This document shows positions 38,283 through 52,357 of a stretch of 64,000 nucleotides of DNA, in pieces. Origin of the DNA: Octopus bimaculoides (Eukaryota); the NCBI RefSeq assembly GCF_001194135.2, contig NC_068988.1, forward strand, positions 44,179,409 to 44,243,408, written 5' to 3'. Below the pieces are notes generated by a model. That model searched no databases. It saw only the letters and a program-made list of their open reading frames with translations, and was not told the origin of the DNA. The position numbers and the translations under genes are program-made. Numbering within the stretch: position 1 is the stretch's first letter; each line of letters begins with the position of its first letter.

Positions 38283-38385
38283 CATTTCACATGTTTCATT
38301 TGCTAATAGGAATTACAAAGTTTTACATGTCTGTCAAACATGTAAAACTTTGTAATTCCTATTAGCAAATGAAACATGTGAAATG
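38283..38385. repeat. Perfect 48-bp inverted repeat with a 7-nt loop; imperfect arms extend to about 38250-38426
   Basis: 38283-38330 is the exact reverse complement of 38338-38385; loop ctgtcaa. Confidence 0.92.
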
Positions 38386-38790
38386 GTGAACAAATAAAAA
38401 AATTTCCAATTTCCTGTTTTGTTATACAATAACTCAGCAAATATTTCTATAATTCTCAATTTTGATATGTATTTTGACTAACGTACAACAGCAATTGAGA
38501 CCTCATATAGGATTGTAATAATAGAATAAGCAGATGTGCTTCAAGAGGAAACAGCTGGGATTTATTCTGTCTGTCTGTCTGTCTACCTGTCTGTCTGTCG
38601 ATCTATCTATCTATCTAGCTAGCTCTCTATCTATCTATCTATCTTCTTTCACTTGTTTCAGTCATTTTAACTGCAGCCATGCTGGAGCACTGCCTTTAGT
38701 CAAGCAAATCGACCCCAGGACTTATTCTTTGTAAGCCTAGTACTTATTCTATCGATTTCCTTTTGCCAAACCGCTTGGTTNNNNNNNNNN

Positions 38791-38822
<32 letters not shown>

Positions 38823-39024
38823 GTATATATACGACAGGCTTCTCTCAGTTTTAGTTTACCAAATCCACTCACAAGTCATTGGTCGGACCAAAGATATAGT
38901 AGAAGACAACTGCCCAAGGTGCCATGCAGTGGGACTGAACCTGGAACCATGTGGTCGGTAAGCAAGCTACATAGCACACAGCCACTCCTAGTAATATAAG
39001 ATATGAATTCCAAGAATTGTGTGG

Positions 39025-39055
<31 letters not shown>

Positions 39056-39056
39056 A

Positions 39057-39089
<33 letters not shown>

Positions 39090-42000
39090 CCTTTATTTTC
39101 TATTTGTTTCAGTCATTAGACTGCGACCATGCTGTGGTACCTCCTTGAAGAATTTTAGTCGAATGAAATGAATGACCCTTGTACTTTTATTTGTGGTCCG
39201 GTACTTATTTTATTGGTTCCTCTCATCAAATTTTTTAATTACATGGAGGCAAACACACCAACGCTGATTGTCAAGCAGTGGTGGGGGACAAACACAGACA
39301 CAGAAGCATGCACATGCACACACACACACACACACATAATGGCTTTCTTTCAGTTACCATCTATGAAATTCACTTGCAGGTTAACTCATGGGCCCGAGGC
39401 TAAACTAGAAGACACTTATGCAAGGTGCCAAGTAGTGGGATTGAACATGGAATCATGTGGTTGGGAAGCAAACTTCTTACCACACAGCCAAGCACACACA
39501 TACATGCATGCACACATAAACAGCAGCTTCTTTCACTTTACAACTATCAAATTCCCTCACAAACTACTGGTTGTCCCAGATCTACAGTAGGAAACACTTG
39601 CCCAAAGTGCTGTGCAGTAGGACTGAACATGAAACCACATTGTTGAGAAGCAAACTTCTTAACCTCACAACCATGCCTGCACCTGCTAAACTGTGTGTGA
39701 AACATGTAGAATAAATATTTCTTGATACATCAATGAAACGGGTCTTGAAAATTCGATATACACACACCAGACTAGCTGCACTAAAATAATTACAGAGGAG
39801 TTGGTATTGATATGACTAAAAACCTTTGAAGTCAGTGTCCCAGGATAACTGCAGTGTTTTTACTGGCTGAAACTAATAAAAGAATTTTTAAAAAAAACTG
39901 CATCAAAATATTTCACTAGAACACCACTGGCCTCCCCCTAGCAAAAACACATTTACACATCTAATTTACTACAACAGTAGTAGTAGTGGCAGTGGGTGTT
40001 GTAGTGGTGTGATAGTATCAGGAAATGCATGCATTTAGTGTAGAACATAGTGGTATGTGAACTGGAAAATTTAAACCAAATTGTGGCTCCATCTATTGAG
40101 TATTTAGCAGCTGGTACCACAATATCAATATTATTGATTTTTAATACTGGTGAAAGGCTACAGATCTGAGTATAGCCAGTTGAATCACCCTCAGTACATA
40201 CCTACCTTTTATCACCAGCCCCTGGTTCAATAATAAGGTAGCTCTTGGTTCAATAACAATGTAACCCTTAAACTCTATAAGAGAAAGCCTCCCATTTTAA
40301 CACTTTTGATATCAACTCACATTTGGTTTTATAAAACAAACTTAACGATTTAAAGTAATATAAATTAAAACCTTCCCTCAAAATTTCATATCAATGTACA
40401 CACACAAACATATATACCATCATCATTATCATCCTCCTCCTTTAATGTCTGTTTTTCACGCTGGACAGTTTCACCAGTGCTGGCAAGTTGGAAAGCTGCA
40501 CCAGATTTCAGTCTGATTTGGCTTAATTTCTACAGCCAGATGCCCTTCCTAATGCCAACTATTTTACAGAGTGTGCTGGGTGCGTTTTATATGGCTCTGG
40601 CATGGGCTTTTTTACATGATGCTGGTACAGGTATTATCACATGGCCCTGATGGGCTTCTTTTCACTTTCCGTCTACCAAATCCACTCATAATGCTCTGGT
40701 CAATTTGGAGCTATAGTAGAAGACACCTGCCTGAGGTGCTATGGTGTGGGACTGAGCTGGAATCAAACTGATCAACCACATACCTGTATCTATGAGTAGT
40801 TATACAAACAAAAAACAGAAAGCAACTTAGCCAGATTATCAGATTGCACCCCATTGTCTAGGATGAAGAGGAACTTTTGTCCTGTTTCCTATAAAAACTC
40901 TTTTTGTATCAAGGACTTACCAAGAATTTTTGCTAGACCACATAAATAGATTTCTTACACTGCACCCAGCTCCAGATTATGTTATTACAGATGTTTCATG
41001 TGCTTCTTCTGCTACTTCACTAGCTACACTTTTATGTTCCATCGTATGTGTATAGAATTATGTTTGAAGGAAAGAAGGGAAGGAATTTGTTACATTTAAT
41101 TTACTGTAATAGTGGGGGTTTTGTCTTAATATTTCCTTTTGCGTTGTTTTGCTGTTGTTTTCTATTGGTTGTATGATAGTGTTGGGAGGTTATTGTGTCA
41201 ATTGTGTGACGTGAGAATTATCTTATAGCATTAGGAAGTGATTGTCTAGAATATGCAATGTGCAAGTTGTGTTATAAAATTGATAGGTATTCGTGTGGAA
41301 TAGGTGGTTTGTAAATAGTGTTACAAGATTGGGAGATGATTTTATAGGATACGCAATGAGTAAGGTGTGTTATAATATTGGTTTCAAATATTGGCACAAG
41401 GTCAGCAATTTCGGGGGAGTGGGTAGGGTGATAACATCAACCCCCAGAGTTCAACTGGTACTTATTTTAGTGACCCTGAAAGGATGAAAGGCAAAGTCAG
41501 ACCTCTGCAGAATTTGAATTTAGAACATAAATTGCTGTAACAATTCTGCCAGCTTGCTGCCCTTAAGTTGTGTTATCACGGAAATTATTTGTGTGGTGCA
41601 GAATAGTTATGTTGTAACACTGGGAGATGATTAAGTTGTGTTATTTTAAGGTCAGGTGATTGCAAAATAATGTACTGTGTAAGGCATGTCATAGTACTGG
41701 GTGGTGAATATGTTATGTACATACTGTTTGAGTTGTGTAAGCAAACTAAAAACACCTCCTATAGAATGTTCTAAAGTGCCTAGTAATGACTGCTGTTCGG
41801 ACAGTATTTAAAGTTGTGAGCTCTGCTATGGTTTTTATGTCTTTGTTTGTTATTCTTTACCAATATTCCAGCTCTTACTGATGCTGTTTGTTTCACTCTT
41901 AATCTCTTTCAGTTAGCTAAGCTAAATACGAGTCGACAGAATAAATTATATTAATGTTGTCTCATATTTCCAGTTTTGAGATTCTTTCATCGGATAAGTT

Positions 42001-42785
42001 TTCTTTGTGGCCTCCAGGTGTTTTTCTAATCGAAAGGTATTAAAATGTTTATCAGAGTAAACATATAAACTTATGTTTCTTTATTTCATTATGATATCTG
42101 AATAGTAGTTTACTTTGATAATTTTGTCAGTCTGAAGAGATAAGTCTTGGAGCACCCTAGACATTTCCTAGATCTGAATTTTTTTATAGTTTGGCTTATG
42201 CCAACTGAAGCACTGCCTTCAACTGAGTATGCTTATATCACTTATTTTTAGTTTTTCTGTATAATATTTATCCAGACATTATTACTCCTCCAGGAGAGCA
42301 GTAACTCCACATAAAAACTGATACATGGTAAAGATTACATTTTAGTCATGAAGCAGTAGTATTAGTAGTATGACAAATGTACCAAACCCCTGATTTAAAA
42401 TGGCAGGTGATAGGAAGGGCAGCCATAAACACTGTGCCAAAACAGCCATGACACACAGAACAACAAAATTTGACTATTCACTCTGTTGCCATGTGTGTAT
42501 GCCAGACAACAACTGCTCAAGACAAGAGACATGTCAAACATATGCCATCATAATAAACATCATCATTTCAATATCCACTTTTCCAGAGTTTTTTGGAGCA
42601 GATTTTCAATAGCTGAATATATTTCCTGTTGTCAACCATCACGGAGGTGTTGCAATGTTCTGAAGCTAGTGGGAGCAAGCATATAAAAAAAGGTGCTGTG
42701 ACATGTACCATTCGATTATCGATTATCGATTCACCTCTCTTATAATGCCCAAAATATTTCATCAGTTATAATATATGTAACAATG

Positions 42786-42947
42786 GGCGTAGGAGTGGCT
42801 GTGTGGTAAGTAGCTTGCTTACCAACCACATGGTTCCAGGTTCATTCCCACTGCGTGGCACCTTGGGCAAGTGTCTTCTACTATAGCCTCGGGCCGACCA
42901 AAGCCTTGTGAGTGGATTTGATAGACAGAAATTGAAAGAAGCCTGTC

Positions 42948-42993
<46 letters not shown>

Positions 42994-43205
42994 TTATGTT
43001 TGTGTGTTTGTCCCCCCAGCATCGCTTGACAACCAATGGTGGTGTGTCTACGTGTCCGTAACTTAGCGGTTCGGCAAAAGAGACCGATAGAATAAGTACT
43101 AGGCTTCCAAAGAATAAGTCCTGGGGTCGATTTGCTCGACTAAAAGGCGGTGCTCCAGCATGACCGCAGTCAAATGACTGAAACAAGTAAAAGAGTAAAA
43201 AAGAA
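42786..43205 (+). mobile_element. Full-length tRNA-derived SINE family A (young)
   Basis: ggcgtaggagtggctgtgtggtaag...ggttcattccc head, central (TA)n/(TG)n and aaacaagtaaaagagtaaaa tail. Other copies at about 38645-38988(-), 39100-39500(-), 43770-44100(+), 51688-52110(+) and 58070-58535(+), plus many fragments. Confidence 0.9.
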
Positions 43206-45735
43206 TGTCATAATATAGGAGACTTACAACTACTGATTTAGGTAACTAAAGATCTTTCTAAAAATCAGTAAAAAGGTGCCAATTTTGAAAAATGTACTTG
43301 GTGGGGGGGGACTGCTCCCCTTGATCCCTTATTAGCTATGTCACTGACCATCGTCGGGTAATATTTTCCCATGACCAGACAGTTTTATGCAGAATACTGG
43401 AAATGAATGACACTGCATGTATGACAGTGACACTCATTTACAACTATTTCACAATGTCAAGACAAGGAGACACAAGACATATACACACACAACAAAATCT
43501 ACTCACAAGGCTTTGGTTGACCTAGGGTTATAGAAGAAGCCACAGTGGGACTAAATCGAAAACCATGTGGTCGGGAAGCAAACTTCTTACCTAAAATAAG
43601 CTGGACCTATACTTTAAATAAGCATAAGGCAAGGAATCTCGTGGGGAAGGTACAGCCCATTAAATTGAACCCTGTGCTTCACTGCTATTTTATCTAACTG
43701 ATCTAGAAAGGACCAAAAGGCAAATATATATAAATGTATATCAGTGAAATGGAAGCATGGCTATCGATGCAGTCATGGCTGTATGGTTAAGAAGCCTGCT
43801 TCCCAATCATGTGGTCTTGGGTTCAGTCCCACTGCATGGTACCTTGGGCAAGTGTCTTCAACCAAAGCCTTATGAGTGAATTTAGTAGACAGAAACAGAA
43901 AGAAGCCTATGATGCACACACACACATATGTAAGTATGTAAATGAATGAGTGTTTGCATTACATTTGTCTCCTACCACTGCTTGACAATCATTGTTGGTT
44001 TATTTATGTCCCTGTAATTTAGTGGCTTAACAAAACAAATCAATAGAATAAGTCACAGACACAAAAATAAGTATTGGGGTCGATTTGTCCAACTAAACCT
44101 TTCAATTAATTCCATTCTGTCATTTGAACTCAGAATGTGCAGAGTTGAAAGTAAATAGTATAAGACATTTAGTGTGGAGCTCTACCACTTCAGCCACCAG
44201 GCTTCTTATAAGATGAGTCAATAAAGGTGCCAAAGCCACTATGTGGTCATTCAATCAGCTAGAAATAACAGCCAAACCTCCACTCAAACACTACACTCTT
44301 TAAAAAAAAAGGGCACATCAGATATTATATTCCTTGATGCATTATGTCTAAAAAAAAAGACAGGATATTCAACACTGGTCGCCTTCATTATATTTTACTT
44401 ATACACACACGCGCACGTGCAGGCGTATGAATAATGTGTTTGTATCATAAAAATACTAAACTTAATAGTTTCCGTTCTAAATGTGTGTAGTACGAGTAAA
44501 TTTGTAAGAGAATCTTGTTGACATCAAATGGAGATATACAAACACACATTGTCATAAATGAAATAGACTCGCACTCAAAAACTTCTAGCTTTGACTTTAA
44601 CGCACATAAGTATTAGCAAGAATGTCATTAGCGGTATATTTCCAATATATGTTTACAAATTTATATAGATTCTGTGTAAGAACACACACACACGTCTGAT
44701 GTATAAACGTTGGTTTCAGTCAGATACTCATAGCAGAATTTGATATAATATAAGCAAATGAATATATGCTTACACACACACACATTTCAATGACTTCTGT
44801 TTCATGATTAAATTTCACGTCGGAAAAAAATTGAATTTTCAGCAATGAATTTTATTTTATTTTATTTTTTTTTTTATGTTTTAAATAAAATTGTTCGTTG
44901 AAAAACCATCTGATGATTGGTTTGTTGGCATGAAACTTAAAGCAGTATTCTACTATTATAAAACATATACTTACTCTACGTAACGTATCGAGTACTTCTT
45001 ACTTTGTTCGTGAAACCTCTTACAAAGTCTGTCAATCTATCTGTCTATCTTTGTCTATCTATCTATCTATCTATAACTCTGATTTTAACGGTTTCAGTTA
45101 TTCATCAATTTAATAATTCAATTTCAATAATCGGATAATTTAAAGTAAATTGTTCGAATATCGAAAACATTAAATTCCAGCATTCCGATTTAAGAAACTT
45201 CGGTTTCTAATAGAATATATAAACTGCATCTATATTATGTATTAAGTACTATTCCCAGCAGTTGTAAACACCAACATGTAGCAACCCATATAATATGTGG
45301 GAGTGAACATCATTGATAGCGTGTCTATATATTTATGTGGAAGATCTATTCAAATAACGAATTCAAGACTTATTAATGTTTTCATATGTACTCTGGGAAC
45401 TACACATTACACGAAACAGTAGAGCACCGATCTAAGTACCTTGTTCTTTAGCAACGTCCCGTTCCAAAAGGGCTGCAATTTAAATAATAGTCAATATAAC
45501 AGAAGAGATCAATTAAGATTAATTTTCCATCCCCCACTTCCTGTAGAAATGTCAGGCTTTGTGTCAATCATATAAGACATTGTTAATTCATAGAAATAAT
45601 AATAATAATAATTATAAGGGTATTTTTGTTTCTACTAATAATAATCTTATTTACTCTTTGGTGTTGTTTCCTTCTCTTCACCAATCTTCTCGCCTACTCC
45701 AATTTAGTGAACGACATAAGTATACATACATACAA

Positions 45736-45787
<52 letters not shown>

Positions 45788-46654
45788 CATTTACAAACAT
45801 ACAGTCGTATAATTTATATGAGAAATATATCTGCATTCATTATATATATAGTATTACATTGTATGTGTTCCCCCAGGAAAGTCTTTACACAATTACGTTT
45901 AGGGATGCCTGTTCGTCTCTATTCATTTATATGAAGGATGGAAATAATCATCAGTGTTAAGTCGAATTAATCACCCATTAAAAGATATATCTGATTATGA
46001 AAAATATAATAATATCTATCGTACATACATTATGTGTCTGAATTTAAATATACATAATAGATAGATAGATAGATAAATAGATAGAATGATAAATAGATAG
46101 ATAGATAAATAGATAGAATGATAGATAGATAGATAGATAGATAAGCGGGCGCGTGTGTACGTATGAAAGGAGGAACAATATTATAGATTGTTTTGTATGG
46201 ATGAATATATGTCAACAAACATAAAGATATACACGAAAGCATGTAAGGAAGAGATCTTTTAAAATAAATTCTACGTATATTAAGATTTTAAGTGGAACAA
46301 GAAGACGGAACTAATACAGCTAATCATTTGGCAATCGGGGTACCATAACAGTTTTAGGGTACCGCTAACAGTTGCAGGTTTAGCGGCAAGCAGACATTAA
46401 GTAGCCAAACGAAGATGTTCATTCGGCCCCCAATTACCTCAATAATTAATATAACTATAGGAATATTGAAAAAAGAATTTGTTTTATATTAAGTTATATT
46501 AAATGCATAAGGGATGCTGGTCATCGTTTGAAATAAGGTTGGAGAAAACAGGGAGGAAGACATATAATCGAGGTGTGTTAATTTAAAAAAAAAAAAATAC
46601 ATTCGCGATGGCGATATAAAGAATGGACATAGCTGATGAAATGAAGAAACTTAC

Positions 46655-46698
46655 TTATTTAGCATATGAGCAAAAGCTCTCTGTCCGGTCGAAGCCAT
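46655..46698 (-). CDS. DOCK7: DOCK-C family (DOCK6/7/8-like) GEF, first coding exon (MASTGQRAFAHMLN + AA)
   Basis: Minus strand reads ATG GCT TCG ACC GGA CAG AGA GCT TTT GCT CAT ATG CTA AAT AA|gtaagt. RAFA matches the DOCK7 N-terminus as recalled (MAERRAFAQKISR). The phase-2 end joins the phase-2 start of the exon at 4177. The symbol is for the closest human paralog; DOCK6/7/8 cannot be separated here. Confidence 0.9.
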
Positions 46699-46994
46699 GA
46701 TTTGACTTCTATAAGATTAAAAAAAAAATTGAAGCTTAAAGTCGCTTCATCCAAAAGTCTACTGCTTCTTTCTCTCGCTAAGGTTAGGCCTATGCATTCG
46801 GTAATTTTGATCCACCGTTATTCCGGAATAAGAATAGCGGTGTTATCATTCTGTCGTGTTCTACTTCGATTTCATACATGTGTGTGTGTGTGTGTGTGTG
46901 TCTGTCTGTCTGTGTGCGTGTGTATGTGCCTCTCTCGCTTTCTCTGATTTACACACTCACACACATATATATGTATATATATATATATATATAT

Positions 46995-47513
46995 NNNNNN
47001 NNNNNNNNNNNNNNNNNNNNNNNNNNNNNNNNNNNNNNNNNNNNNNNNNNNNNNNNNNNNNNNNNNNNNNNNNNNNNNNNNNNNNNNNNNNNNNNNNNNN
47101 NNNNNNNNNNNNNNNNNNNNNNNNNNNNNNNNNNNNNNNNNNNNNNNNNNNNNNNNNNNNNNNNNNNNNNNNNNNNNNNNNNNNNNNNNNNNNNNNNNNN
47201 NNNNNNNNNNNNNNNNNNNNNNNNNNNNNNNNNNNNNNNNNNNNNNNNNNNNNNNNNNNNNNNNNNNNNNNNNNNNNNNNNNNNNNNNNNNNNNNNNNNN
47301 NNNNNNNNNNNNNNNNNNNNNNNNNNNNNNNNNNNNNNNNNNNNNNNNNNNNNNNNNNNNNNNNNNNNNNNNNNNNNNNNNNNNNNNNNNNNNNNNNNNN
47401 NNNNNNNNNNNNNNNNNNNNNNNNNNNNNNNNNNNNNNNNNNNNNNNNNNNNNNNNNNNNNNNNNNNNNNNNNNNNNNNNNNNNNNNNNNNNNNNNNNNN
47501 NNNNNNNNNNNNN
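46995..47513. other. Assembly gap. Other gaps: 24551-24673, 27573-27773, 28654-28740, 34722-34731, 38781-38790, 54686-54943, 59170-59179
   Basis: N runs, mostly flanked by microsatellites. Confidence 0.99.
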
Positions 47514-47558
<45 letters not shown>

Positions 47559-49999
47559 AACAATATATATATATATATATATAAAGGAAATACATCTAGC
47601 AATTGAGTCATCTGACCTCATCTGAGTATATTACTCGTATTTTAAAATGAAAAACCCTATCGACAAGCGTAAACTACAACTGATCATGCACTCACATAAA
47701 CTCACACACTCACAAACACAAACGTATACACACGCACATAAACACGCTTAGATTAGATATAAGCCTGCTGGATCTTAACCACTCCATAAAGAATATAAGT
47801 ATGGATTTAACGAACGCTAAGAATGTCTGGTTTCCATTTATTTTATTGATTATGTTATGTTTCTCTCTATTCCATATTCCTCTGCACTCGTTCGTTTATT
47901 AAACTACTTTCCTGGTTTAGTTATGGTACGTTTGTTATTGTTTTTATTAATATTATTATTATTTATTTTTTTTGCAGTGTGATATCAGAGCCATGACGTC
48001 ACAGATATCCCGTTACTGCACCAACGAGACACACACACGCATGCACGTGCACGCACACACACACATGCACGCATACATACAAGTACGTGCTCACATTACA
48101 TGCACCACTCGCCTTTTCCTGCATTGTAGAACGGTTGCAGGAGTGACTGTGGTGTTTTTTCAGTCTCCAAGTCAGCCCTGATCCAGCTTGTAATTATCAC
48201 AATAGATGTTCCTGGCGCTATCAACCCGTCTTTTATTCATACATAGTGCATATAGGACTACATTACGCAATATAGCCTTCCGTTTTTAAAACGGTAGGGG
48301 GTAATACGGGGGCGATTTGGCTGTAATTTCTCGTTTGTATATCCGCTGTATATCTCGTATATAATATATATAATGTTTAGCCAGAGCTCAGCGTTGATCC
48401 AGTAGACCTTTAGATTTATGTTGAAAGATGTTTCAGCTGTGACAATCCCATCTTATCTTTCCTTTTTTTCAGCCAACATAATGCGTCTCGAACTACATTA
48501 TCTAATGGAGTTCCTTTATTAAGATAATATGCTATGATTTGGTGGGTATTTGACGTAGATACTCCCCTTATAGCTTAAAATAGATGTGACGCTGGTAGTA
48601 AGAGAGGGACTAATGAATGATAGAGACAGATGTTAAAGGAGGTGATACTGTAAAGCCCCTTTTACATTAGTACCATTTAGAATAGGAAGTAACGTTTTGG
48701 TAAGAGTTGGTGAAACACTAGAATTAAAGTAACCTTTGTAGTCACGGTAAAATTAATCCTATGATTGTTTTTTTCATGTATAAGATATTACATGATATAT
48801 ACCATGAGACAAATGCTACAATGTTTTTACAATGTAAATACGATGTATATTTTGTAGTAAGGTTGAATTCGAAATTTTAAATTAAAAAATATTTAACAGT
48901 ATTTGAAGTTTCAACTTCCTTGTTCATGTAGTATCGGTTTACAATAAACATGTTTCAATTTTTTTTCAAGGAAGTTGAGAAGTATTTGGTAGACTATCAT
49001 ATTAAAGAATTATCAAGTAGATTGAAATAGTATGTTTCACAATCGAGCCCAAAAAGTAGATCCTTAAGTGGATGTCCGACCTACTAAAAGCAGCAGTCAT
49101 ATATCTCTATATTCACACTTAACCAACTTAAATAAGGAAAAGACACAGATAATATATTCCGAGATGTCATTGAAAAAGAAAAACAAAACGAGAAGGCCAC
49201 GGTTGAAATGTCGTTAATCATAAGTCTGCTTTCAAAATTGAACTATGACTAAAAGACTACGTCACGCAGTGCTTAGATGCAAACCTAAAGCAACTGACTG
49301 GCATCCAACAATACTTTGGATATAAGCGTATCAATTTCAACCTTATTTGAAGCACATTATTCTCTCCAGATAGTTTTCTACACAAAGATTATGCTGACCG
49401 TTTATTCTCCAAGGCATATCCAGATCTTTTTTCTTTTTTTTTTTCAACTTTAGGTCACTTGATATAGTCATAACGTCTAGCAAACTTTGCCTCTCGTATT
49501 AAACAGAAAGTGTAAAAATATTTTATAATTGATTCTGTAAAATCGTAAAACCATTTATTTATTATCTAAGACCTAAATTCAGCAGTAAAAGTTAATTTAA
49601 CGCCTATACATATTATATAAGATTTCAGTATCACTAAATAAACGATTAAAAACATTTGAATAATCCCATTCATTAGTAAAAAATATCTTGATAGTAAATT
49701 TCAGAATACAAATAAATATTTTAATGATCAACTGAGGAAAATATAAACTAACGAGTTTATTGGAATCAGTGCTCAGTTGGACTACACTATTTTGACAGCT
49801 TTCAAAAATCACTGAATTAAAAATAGAAACTAAAGGGAGGTAAGCGATACAAAACAGAGGGATCGAATAACACACGCGTATGTATGTATGTATGCCGGTA
49901 TGTATGTATGTATGTATGCATGCATGCATGTGTATGTGTGCGTATATATATGTGTGTGTGCGTGTATGTATGTATATATTTATATGTATGTATGTGTGC

Positions 50000-50035
<36 letters not shown>

Positions 50036-52357
50036 AATTGGAGATCTTTGATCGAAGTAACAACTATTACTGTGTTAATTTCTATTTTGCAAAGATGGTT
50101 CACTCAATGGTTATGCGGCTGGACTCATGAATGTTAAGTAATGGCTTTAACTCTGGGTTATACATTATACCGTTGAGCAAGATACTTCATTTCAGCTTAG
50201 TTGCAATGAGTATCAGCAATAACTAAGAGTTAGCCTTGCATTGGACTGACGTTCTGTCCAGGAAAAATCTTGTACTGTCATTATTTACACACACAGAAAT
50301 CAGGATCAACTCTGACATAATGGGCCAATAAACTTGAGGCAGATTTTCATTTCCCTTTGTCCTGTGTATTTTCCTGGCGTCCATGATTCATATATGAAAT
50401 ACATTCCCAAATATTTTTTCAGCCCCTAAAGTAACTTGAGACTTATGAAAGGAAAGCTTTATATTACTCAGAATGTAGGAAATAAAGGCTAAAAAAAAGT
50501 CTGAAAACATGCATGGACGTTTAGGACAAACTTATGAAAATGCTTAGGACAGGCTTATGGTTAACTATATATTTTTGTCGCTGACTGATATCTCAGAGGC
50601 CGATCACTAGTTCTTAAAAATATTAAAGATGGGGAGAATACTAGGAAGTGGTTATATAAATCAAACTAAACAGATACACAAGGGGCTTTGATTTTGAAAG
50701 CACCAGCTTGTCAGTTTTTTTTTGCTGGCTCTTGCAAGCATTTTTCAACAAACAATGCATACACACCCACCCAAAACACACACACATTATTTTCATCATA
50801 AATTTACCATGGTTTCTATGGTTGGATGCTTATCCTCATGCCAACCACTTTACAGAGTATACTGGGTGCTTTTTTTTTTTTTTTTCATAGCACCAGCACT
50901 AGTGAGGTTATCCTATAGCTTGCATGACTAAGATTCCTTTCAACTAGGTGGGGCTACTGTAGTGAGGGAGGTAGCTTTATGCAAAATAAATGTGTAGCAT
51001 GCTCAGTAAGAAAGCTTGTTTTATCCGTATGAACATATTTATTGCTACATTAATACAGAAAGTGTTCATGTAACACACAAAAAGGATTATTTAGATGAAA
51101 TGATGTACATTACTACAAGTTGAGGAAATCTTCATCAGAGATTCAACATTTGAGCTAACTTTTTATATACCTATATATATTCTTGTTGCTGTGTTACAGT
51201 AGTGTGTTTCTTCATCTATCGTGCCAAGTTGAATTTGTAGCTGTGAAAACAGCTAAGTGGTGAGAGTGACATTTACTGAGAAAGTTTTGTGTTCAAATAA
51301 TCTGTATTTGTATGCTCTGTTCACAGAAGGTCTTTGTCTTGCTGCCAGACTATCACGTGTACAAAAGTTGTTGACTGGACTGAAATGAGGTCCGTGCACA
51401 AGATCAACTTGTAATTACTGTGTGGCAAAACTTGGGGTCAAAACCAACTGTTATAAAAGGTTTCTCAATGATTAAGATTAATTTGAACTCAGACAGAAGG
51501 GTACATAATTTAACCAGGTCAAATAATCACAAATTTATTTAGTTTAAATTTTAATGAATTTGCACTAATCTACAACTCCAATTGCTATGGTAACCTCACA
51601 ATTATATTGTTTTTTTAGAAGAAGGCAAAATGTTGTTGTGTTTCACTTTATTCAATTCAACTAACACTAGACTAATATTCAACAAGGTACAGGCATGGCT
51701 ATATGGTAAGAAGCTTGCTTTCCAACCACTTGGTTTTGGGTTCAGTCCCATTGCGTGGTACCTTGGGCAAGTGTTTTTTACTATAACCTTGGGCTGATCA
51801 AAGTCTTGTGAGCAGATTTGGTGGACAGAAACGGAAAAAAGTCCATCGTGCGTGTGTGTGTGTGCGTGAGTGCGTGTGTGTGTATCTATATGCATGAGTC
51901 TTTGTGTCTGTGTCTGTCCCCGACCAGTGCTTGACAACCAGTGTTGGTTTGGTTACAACCCTGTAACTTAGCAGTTCAGCAAAGAGACCAATAACAAAAG
52001 TACCTGGTTTAAAAAAAAAAAACAAAAAAAAAACATTGGGGTTGATTTGTTTGACTAAAACTTCTTCAAGGCAGTGCCCCAGCATGACCACAGTCTAGTG
52101 ACTGAAACAAGTTAAAAGACAGAAGGTAAATATAAAATTCTATTGCCATTGACTAGTTTAATAACCCAAATGAAACAATTGCCATGGACTAATTACTCAA
52201 ATGAAACAGTATTAATTTCATCTTTGTTGTGATTCCTTTTCAATCTGTTCATTTGCATTATATCTTTTATCTTTTATTTGTTTTTGTCATTAACTGTGGT
52301 CATGCTGGAGCATCTCCTTGAAGAAGTTTAAGTTGAACAATTCACCTCCAGTATTTA

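Larger units (their letters stand above)
4178..46654 (-). other. DOCK intron 1 (42,477 bp)
   Basis: Lies between the GT donor at 46654 and the AG acceptor at 4178 of in-frame exons. Confidence 0.85.
44400..50000. promoter_or_regulatory. CpG-retaining zone around the DOCK start, probable promoter region; perfect CRE TGACGTCA at 47994-48001
   Basis: About 17 CpG counted by eye in 46381-46900, versus about 3 in 29900-31000. The zone surrounds the ATG exon. Confidence 0.55.

Noticed and set aside
42706-42730. (cgattat)n resembling DRE (TATCGATA) sites
   Set aside because: Imperfect match, about three slippage units, far from any promoter evidence.
42786-42860. tRNA-like heads here and at 33347, 36945 and 23209
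   Set aside because: They continue into SINE bodies and lack complete cloverleafs, so they are not tRNA genes.
51300-51420. Acceptor-like tctgttcacag with short frames; similar site near 56175
   Set aside because: All frames stop within about 30 codons and none is recognisable.
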